DNA of 64,000 nt, taken from contig OZ252244.1 of NCBI GenBank assembly GCA_965249575.1, positions 1,984,001 through 2,048,000 on the forward strand. Reading direction: 5' to 3'. Under the pieces are notes generated by a model. It did not search any database. It worked only from the letters and a program-made list of their open reading frames with translations, and was not told where the DNA came from. Position numbers and translations under genes: made by a program. This document shows positions 58,360 to 64,000 of the stretch, in pieces (positions within the stretch are counted from its first letter, which is position 1; every line of letters starts with the position of its first letter). Origin of the DNA: Gemmatimonadales bacterium (GTDB lineage Bacteria > Gemmatimonadota > Gemmatimonadetes > Gemmatimonadales > GWC2-71-9).

Positions 58360-58650
58360 GTGGGAGAGCGGCTCATGCAAGAGGCAAAGCATTCGCACCC
58401 GAACTACATTGGAATCTGGGTGGTCCTCGCGGTGCTCACCGTGGTAGAGATCGGCGTGGCGTTTCTGCCGTGGGCCAAGATCGTGATCATCCTTTGCCTG
58501 GTCGGGCTTGCGGTATGGAAGGCACTGCTCGTCGCTCTGTACTACATGCATCTCAAGTTCGAGGGGTCGCGCATACGGATCATGGCGGCGGCACCGCTGC
58601 CGCTCGCGGTCATCATGGTCGTCGCAGTGATCACGGAATACGTGTGGTAG
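58360..58650 (+). CDS. coxD: Cytochrome c oxidase subunit IV family protein
   Basis: LAVLTVVE and KALLVALYYMHLKFE. Confidence 0.88.
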   Translation: MGERLMQEAKHSHPNYIGIWVVLAVLTVVEIGVAFLPWAKIVIILCLVGLAVWKALLVALYYMHLKFEGSRIRIMAAAPLPLAVIMVVAVITEYVW

Positions 58651-59525
58651 CGATCGCCGTCCGGCCGGTGCGGCCGGTCGACTTGTTGGAGCTCACAAAG
58701 CCGCGGATCGTAGCGTTGGTCGTGTTGACGGTGGCCGCGGGATTCTATCTCGCCGCCCCCACGGGGACTGACACGCTAGTGCTGTTCGTGCACACGCTTT
58801 TCGGGACGGCTCTGGTCGCGGCCGGCACCAACGCATTGAACCAGGTGGCCGAGAGTGACGTCGACGCCAGAATGCGCCGGACCGCGCGGCGGCCGATTCC
58901 CGCCGGCCGGTTGGACAGCTCGGCCGCCGCGGCGTTTGCGTGGACAGCCGGGGTGGCGGGTACGGTGTACCTGACCGTGTTCGTCAACGGGATCACGGCA
59001 TTCCTGGCCGGGATGACTCTACTTTCCTACGTGTGGGCATACACCACACTCAAGCGGACGACCTCGTTGTCGACGTTGGTCGGTGCGGTCCCCGGCGCTC
59101 TACCGATTGTAGGAGGCTGGACGGCTGGGGGTGGGACCCTTGGCCCCGAAGCGTGGTCCCTGTTCTGGATTCTGTTCGTCTGGCAACTCCCCCACTTCCT
59201 CGCCCTCGCGTGGATCTACCGAGAGGATTATGCGCGGGCCGGATTGAGAATGCTGAGCGTGTCCGACTCGGATGGCCGAAGCACGTTCGCGCAGGCCTCG
59301 CTGTATGCGGCCGCGCTCGTGCCGGTGAGCCTGGTTCCAACGATGCTCGGGATCGCGGGCGGTGTATACTTCTTTGGCGCGCTCGTCCTTTCGGTTTGGT
59401 TGACCTGGATGAGCGTGAGGGCTCTGCTCGATCGGACCGTGGATCGGGCCCGGCGGCTGTTCTCGGCGTCGGTGACTTACCTCCCCGTCCTCTTGCTCTT
59501 GATGGCGGTGAATAGGACCTCATGA
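58644..59525 (+). CDS. cyoE: Protoheme IX farnesyltransferase (heme O synthase)
   Basis: ELTKPRI, DARMRRTARRP, YTTLKR, GAVPGALP and WQLPHF...DY; GTG at 58644. Confidence 0.94.
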   Translation: MVAIAVRPVRPVDLLELTKPRIVALVVLTVAAGFYLAAPTGTDTLVLFVHTLFGTALVAAGTNALNQVAESDVDARMRRTARRPIPAGRLDSSAAAAFAWTAGVAGTVYLTVFVNGITAFLAGMTLLSYVWAYTTLKRTTSLSTLVGAVPGALPIVGGWTAGGGTLGPEAWSLFWILFVWQLPHFLALAWIYREDYARAGLRMLSVSDSDGRSTFAQASLYAAALVPVSLVPTMLGIAGGVYFFGALVLSVWLTWMSVRALLDRTVDRARRLFSASVTYLPVLLLLMAVNRTS

Positions 59526-59710
59526 TACCGTTCCACCGGTTCCTCATCGGTACCGCCATCTTGTTCTGTGCGGGGTTCGCTGTCTGGGCGTTGGCCGCGT
59601 TCCGGGCGGGCGGCGGGGCCGGACCCCTCGTACTGAGTATCGCGTTTGCAATCGCGGCAGCCGCGCTCTCCTATTACCTGAAGAATCTTCGCCGTTTCCT
59701 CGGCCGATGA
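59522..59710 (+). CDS. Small two-TM protein
   Basis: ATGA-coupled to cyoE; two hydrophobic helices. Confidence 0.6.
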   Translation: MIPFHRFLIGTAILFCAGFAVWALAAFRAGGGAGPLVLSIAFAIAAAALSYYLKNLRRFLGR

Positions 59711-59883
59711 ACCCGGACGCACTCTCCTGGAGCATGTTCTGGGTCGGCGCCCTGTTCGTCTTCACCCCCATGCTGTTTGCCGGCATCATCCTCGGAGTGT
59801 GGTGGCACGGCCGAAAGCAGCAGGCGACCCGGGGGCCGGAGACCCTGACGACTCCCCCCGGGGATCCCAAGCCCGGCCAATAG
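59707..59883 (+). CDS. Small single-TM protein (58 aa)
   Basis: Not in the track; ATGA-coupled MNPDALSWSMFWVGALFVFTPMLFAGIILGVWWHGRK...*. Confidence 0.55.
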   Translation: MNPDALSWSMFWVGALFVFTPMLFAGIILGVWWHGRKQQATRGPETLTTPPGDPKPGQ

Positions 59884-60037
59884 CCGAATCCTACAATTTC
59901 AGGTCTTTGGCACCGATAATTCCCACTGGAAATGCGGAGTCCGGTTCGGGCGTCTGTGATCGTAATCACTTGACTCCTAGCGACTTCCATAGAAGGTTGT
60001 GGGCCAACCCTCAAGGATCGGGACGGTGAGTTGAGTC

Positions 60038-61651
60038 GTGGCACGCCTCGCTAATCTGCTCGGGTTCTGCTCGCTCTCGCTCGCCGCGATGGGCTGTGAG
60101 CCGGCCAGCATTACTGAAGCCCGGAACCAGCTGGCCCGCGGGCCGGCACGAACCGTCACGTTCGTGCTCCCGATAGCAGACACCGCCCTCACCGCCGCGG
60201 ATTTCCTGTCCATGCAGGACACGGTGACGCTGCCCAACGGCCTGATGGGCCTCAAGTTCGAGGCCGACACGATCGCCGTGACCGTTGGCGAACAACTCCA
60301 GTTCAGCAATGTGAATCTCGACCCGTTCTCGGTCGACTTTCCGGCCGTTGTGTTCGCGCAACCGGTAGGCACCATGATCGACACGACGACCTCCTACAAC
60401 GCGCTTGCGTCGGAGGCCAGGTTGCAGGCGGTCGACTCGGTCGTCATCGACACGGGGACGCTCCAGATCACGACGAGCAATCGCCTCCCCGCGCCGCAGA
60501 ATTACGGCATCGTCTTGCTGGGTGTCACGGACCCGTCGGGAACACCGCTCAGCCAAGACGGCGTGTTACCGGCCGCGCCGGGTGACGGCACGTACGTGAG
60601 CCAGGTGCTTACGTTCGACCTGACCGGGGTGACTTTCGATGTGGCGGGGGTACAGGCGGTCCTGGCGGACTCCATGACCCTGCCGGCGACACCCATCAAC
60701 CCGGCACTCGGTACCGCAGCCCTCATGCAGACCGGGACGGCGAACTTCACCGTACGGTCGCTGTCGGGGCCGCTGGATCCAGCGGCCACGCCCGAGCTGG
60801 TGGTGTCGGTCGAGAACGCTCAGGAAGTGCAGTCGTCGGACATCGACTTCGCCGATTTCGAGGACGCCGTTCTACAGGCTACGATCAACGACGCAACGGC
60901 CGACCTGACCATCACGAATACCTCGGGAACGCCGGTCCTGTTGTCGGGCGCCACGCTCGGTATCGTGCGCCTCGATCCCACGACAGGGCTCCTCCAGCGA
61001 GACGGATCGGGTAATCCCATCTATGAAACGGACGGGTCCGGCCCGCTCCTCCTGGCGATCGCGACGGCCGGTCAGTCCACGCTCAACGTGCCGGGCGGGA
61101 CGACGACCCCGCTGTCAATTGCCGCGGCTCCGCTCGTCGACAGGTTGGTCAATCTCGTGCTGATGGATCTCACGCTGCCGGTCGGTGGTGTCAGCTTCGA
61201 TCTCGTTGAAACCAACGAAGGTGGAGATCTCGACACCGCCGATTCCGACGATCTCTTAGATCGTCTTGTGTTCGCGACGGGCGCAGCCAGTGTCACGGAT
61301 GGCCTGCCGTTCGGAGTCGAGGTCGAGTTCGCGGTCGTCCCTGATTCCCAAGCTGGGAACGTCGACGTGTTCTCGTTGCCTAATAGCGTCACGCTGAGCA
61401 CGGTAGCCGTGGACCCGCCCACAGTCGATGCGGCGGGCGTCACGATCAGTCCCAGCTAAGATTCGGTTTCAGTCGACCTCACGAACGCGGCGATAGACAT
61501 CATCCTCGGGCGCACCTTCACGTCCGGGGTCCGCATCAGGCTGCTGCCCGGAATCGGCGGCGCCGGCCGTGGGGCTATTCGCACGACCGACCAGATCGTT
61601 GTCCGCGCGACGGCGCGCATCGGGCTGCGGTCGGGAGGCGCCACTCCGTGA
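60038..61651 (+). pseudogene. Acidic beta-rich lipoprotein interrupted by an in-frame TAA at 61457
   Basis: Lipobox AMGC; the same frame continues 63 codons past the TAA to a TGA overlapping the next GTG. Confidence 0.7.
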
Positions 61652-62913
61652 GACGCACCCTCGCCCTCGTTTCGCTGACGTTGGTGGTATCCGCGGCGGC
61701 GCACGCCCAGGCCGTGCCAGACGGATCACAGGCCACCCGGGTCGAGCCGGCCTACCGCCGTACCCCCACGTTCCGGAACGATCCCTTCCGGCACGTCTAC
61801 ATCCCGCATTGGGGATTCGTTTTCTCGGTGGGCGCAACCGCCGAGAACAACGCGTTGAACGTGGCCGACGTGCGCGCCGTGATCTTTCTACAAGACAGGG
61901 ACAGCCTGCTGGCGGGTAGCCTCCTCGATCTCATCGGCCTGGTGCCAACCGGCGCGGGGATCAGGGGCCAGGCGCAGGGAGAGGGTGGGTTCTATCTGGG
62001 CGGACCGTTCGGCCGTCACGTAAGCATCGGCCTGTCGGCTCAGGGGCGGGCATACGGGTCCTTCCTGTTGGACGACGACGCGGTCGCCCTTTTGCGGGAC
62101 GGCAACGGCGCCCGCCAGAGTTTTTCCCTGGGCAACACCACGGCTTCTGGGCTCAGCACTGCCGAGGCGGGTGCCCATGCGATGATCCGGCTCGGATCGA
62201 GAGAGGCGACGGAGGTCACGCTCGGCTTCGGCGGTCGGTATATCCGCCCGATCTTCTACGCCGACTCGCGCTCCCTCATTGGGAACGGGGGCTTCATAAC
62301 GGTCACAAGCAGTAGCGTCGCGGCCAACATCCAGGTCGCCTCGGCTTTCACGCCCGAGATCAGTGAGACGTTTTCGGGGTCGGGTTTCGCGGCCGATCTC
62401 CTGCTGCGCCTGGAATGGCCACGCTCCGGGCTGGCGCTCGAAGCCATGGTCGCGAACCTGGGGAAACTGACGATTCCCGGGGTGGAACGCCGTGAACTGA
62501 ACTTCAACGTCGCCACCACCCGGATCGACGAGGTAACCGATTCGCTGGACGTCGTCGATTTCATCGTACAGGATACAACGGATGTCGATGTCACCCTTCC
62601 AAGAATCATACGGTTCACCGCTAGCGCCTGGGCGAACAGAATACTCCAGATCGATGTGAGTGCCACGGCGCCGGTCGACGGTGATTTCACCGTGCCGATG
62701 GTGGTGGATCTCGGGACGACGTGGCGTTTTGTGCGGGTGATCCCACTGCGTGTGGGTGTTGCTCTGGGAGGTCCCCAGAAGATCGGCTATACCGGCGGAT
62801 TGTCGATAGAGGGACGCACTATGTTCCTGCAGCTCCACGCACAGTCCCTCGGGGGACTGTTCCGGAAAGCCACCGGTACTGGGGCCCGGCTAGAATTGGG
62901 GTTCTTCTTCTAG
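61648..62913 (+). CDS. Putative outer-membrane beta-barrel protein
   Basis: Signal peptide ending AHA, alternating beta-strands, C-terminal LELGFFF. Confidence 0.7.
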   Translation: MRRTLALVSLTLVVSAAAHAQAVPDGSQATRVEPAYRRTPTFRNDPFRHVYIPHWGFVFSVGATAENNALNVADVRAVIFLQDRDSLLAGSLLDLIGLVPTGAGIRGQAQGEGGFYLGGPFGRHVSIGLSAQGRAYGSFLLDDDAVALLRDGNGARQSFSLGNTTASGLSTAEAGAHAMIRLGSREATEVTLGFGGRYIRPIFYADSRSLIGNGGFITVTSSSVAANIQVASAFTPEISETFSGSGFAADLLLRLEWPRSGLALEAMVANLGKLTIPGVERRELNFNVATTRIDEVTDSLDVVDFIVQDTTDVDVTLPRIIRFTASAWANRILQIDVSATAPVDGDFTVPMVVDLGTTWRFVRVIPLRVGVALGGPQKIGYTGGLSIEGRTMFLQLHAQSLGGLFRKATGTGARLELGFFF

Positions 62914-63221
62914 AATAGCCCGCTTCTGGCTGCCTGCCACAACTTGACCATGCGGTCGAACCCATCCTGCAGCTTCGCGGCGCCCACGGGCGTCGGTGGC
63001 TCGCTCAACACCTCCTTCAGCCCTTGAGCGATGCTCGGTAGCTGCTTGCGTTTTTTCACGGCGCTTTCGTTCAGGATACCGTCGAGGATTGCTCGAAGCC
63101 TCGCGCGCTGCCCCTCATCGTCCGGTACCTGATACAGATAGGCCGCCACGTCCTTGCCTTCAAGGCACAGCTTGCCGACCTTGTCCAGGACCGGCGGCCG
63201 CTTGTCCCCCTCTTGATTCAT
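62910..63221 (-). CDS. Hypothetical helical protein
   Basis: 103 aa ORF with coding-like composition. Confidence 0.6.
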   Translation of the reverse strand: MNQEGDKRPPVLDKVGKLCLEGKDVAAYLYQVPDDEGQRARLRAILDGILNESAVKKRKQLPSIAQGLKEVLSEPPTPVGAAKLQDGFDRMVKLWQAARSGLF

Positions 63222-63364
63222 TGTCGCCCCCGGAGAGCAGTGGCTGTGGAACCATCAGGACGCCTTCTCAACTATAATACTTATCGTCAGGTAATCGTGG
63301 ACATCAAAGTGTCATCGGGCACCGAGCTGGGTCACCCGCTGTCCAGATTCTACTGCTGAAGGGG

Positions 63365-64000
63365 ATGTTTGACGTGACTGGGAAAGCACCACGGAAACCG
63401 CTGGCGCACTCGACATGGGAGTGGGCCAAATCGATTGCCATCGCGCTCGTTATTTGGATGCTCGTTCGATCGCTGCTCATCGAGGCCTTTCGCATACCGT
63501 CTGGCAGCATGGAGAACACGCTCCTGATTGGCGACTTCCTCTTCGTCAACAAGACGCTCTACGGAGCCGAAATTCCCCTGGTGAGCGCACGATTCCCGTC
63601 CGTGAGGGAGCCGGAACGACTGGACATCGTCGTTTTCCGGTCGGTGGAAGATCCGAGTATCAACGTAGTGAAACGCGTGGTGGGAATGCCGGGCGACACG
63701 CTTTCGATGGAAGCGAACGTCCTGTCGGTGAATGGTACATCATTGGAGGAGCCGTACGCAATCCGCACAGACCCAACCACCGATCCGGAGCTACCGCAGA
63801 TGCGCGGCTGGCAGAGCCGATATCTCGTCGGGCGGGATCCAAGGGCCTACCGGCCGACCCTGAAGAACTGGGGTCCCGTCGTCGTGCCCGCAGACTCGTT
63901 CTTTGTCATGGGGGACAACCGGGACAATTCGTATGACAGCCGGTACTGGGGATTCCTCGGCCGAGACCGCATTCGCGGCCGGCCGCTCCTCATCTACTAC
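63365..64000 (+). CDS. lepB: Signal peptidase I (runs off window end)
   Basis: Not in the track; WEWAKSIAIAL, AFRIPSGSMENTLLIGDFLFVNK, VKRVVGMPGD and FVMGDNRDNSYDSRYWG. Confidence 0.95.
   Translation, partial: MFDVTGKAPRKPLAHSTWEWAKSIAIALVIWMLVRSLLIEAFRIPSGSMENTLLIGDFLFVNKTLYGAEIPLVSARFPSVREPERLDIVVFRSVEDPSINVVKRVVGMPGDTLSMEANVLSVNGTSLEEPYAIRTDPTTDPELPQMRGWQSRYLVGRDPRAYRPTLKNWGPVVVPADSFFVMGDNRDNSYDSRYWGFLGRDRIRGRPLLIYY

Noticed and set aside
59892..59919. Fourth sigma28-like promoter (TACA-N16-ACCGATAA)
   Set aside because: Both elements mismatch and the downstream gene is unrelated to motility.
60039..60055. TGGCAC sigma54-like element
   Set aside because: GG-GC spacing is 8 rather than 10, and it overlaps the start codon.
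1..64000. CRISPR arrays, tRNA/rRNA, IS elements, integrases, prophage or defence genes
   Set aside because: None recognised; nearly all sequence is accounted for by the genes listed.

Overview
GC-rich bacterial window; gene content and style suggest Gemmatimonadota (inference only). (1) 1-11.3 kb, accessory metabolism: TauE/SafE exporter (partial), sulfocyanin-like blue-copper lipoprotein, LVIVD-type protein, Ser/Cys proline-racemase-family enzyme, an MDR/acyl-CoA ligase/PaaI/NRAMP-like/amidohydrolase operon and a VOC protein. (2) 11.4-41.7 kb, a flagellar and c-di-GMP signalling region broken by deletions. Six junctions weld a truncated gene onto the middle of another (flgC|kinase, fliE|fliF, fliI|motE-like, fliL|fliM, fliR|flgF, flgA|flgH). 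There are also TonB-receptor, receiver and HD-domain stubs, and flgB, fliJ, flhB, flhA, fliA, flgM, flgL, fliC and fliD are absent from the window. Surviving genes (flgE, flgK, motAB, fliG) are still open, and three sigma28-like and two sigma54-like/IHF-like promoters remain. A frameshifted mscS and a frameshifted monoheme cytochrome-porin fusion with a CX4CH lipoprotein partner follow. (3) 41.7-59.9 kb: pruA, then an intact ~15.6 kb co-directional respiratory cluster. It has a maturation-like module (Mrp, Zn-ribbon/PCP_red protein, ferredoxin, Usp-Usp-PCP_red-PCP_red protein with three CP motifs, radical SAM/SPASM-PCP_red), a cytochrome bd-like subunit without cydB, three c-type cytochromes, a cupredoxin lipoprotein, an A1-type heme-copper oxidase and heme O synthase. 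(4) 60-64 kb: a lipoprotein with a premature stop, an outer-membrane protein and partial lepB. Best candidates for new biology are the PCP_red-repeated maturation module with its bd-like/aa3 hybrid chain, and the deletion-scarred flagellar cluster. All calls come from reading motifs by eye; no searches were run.
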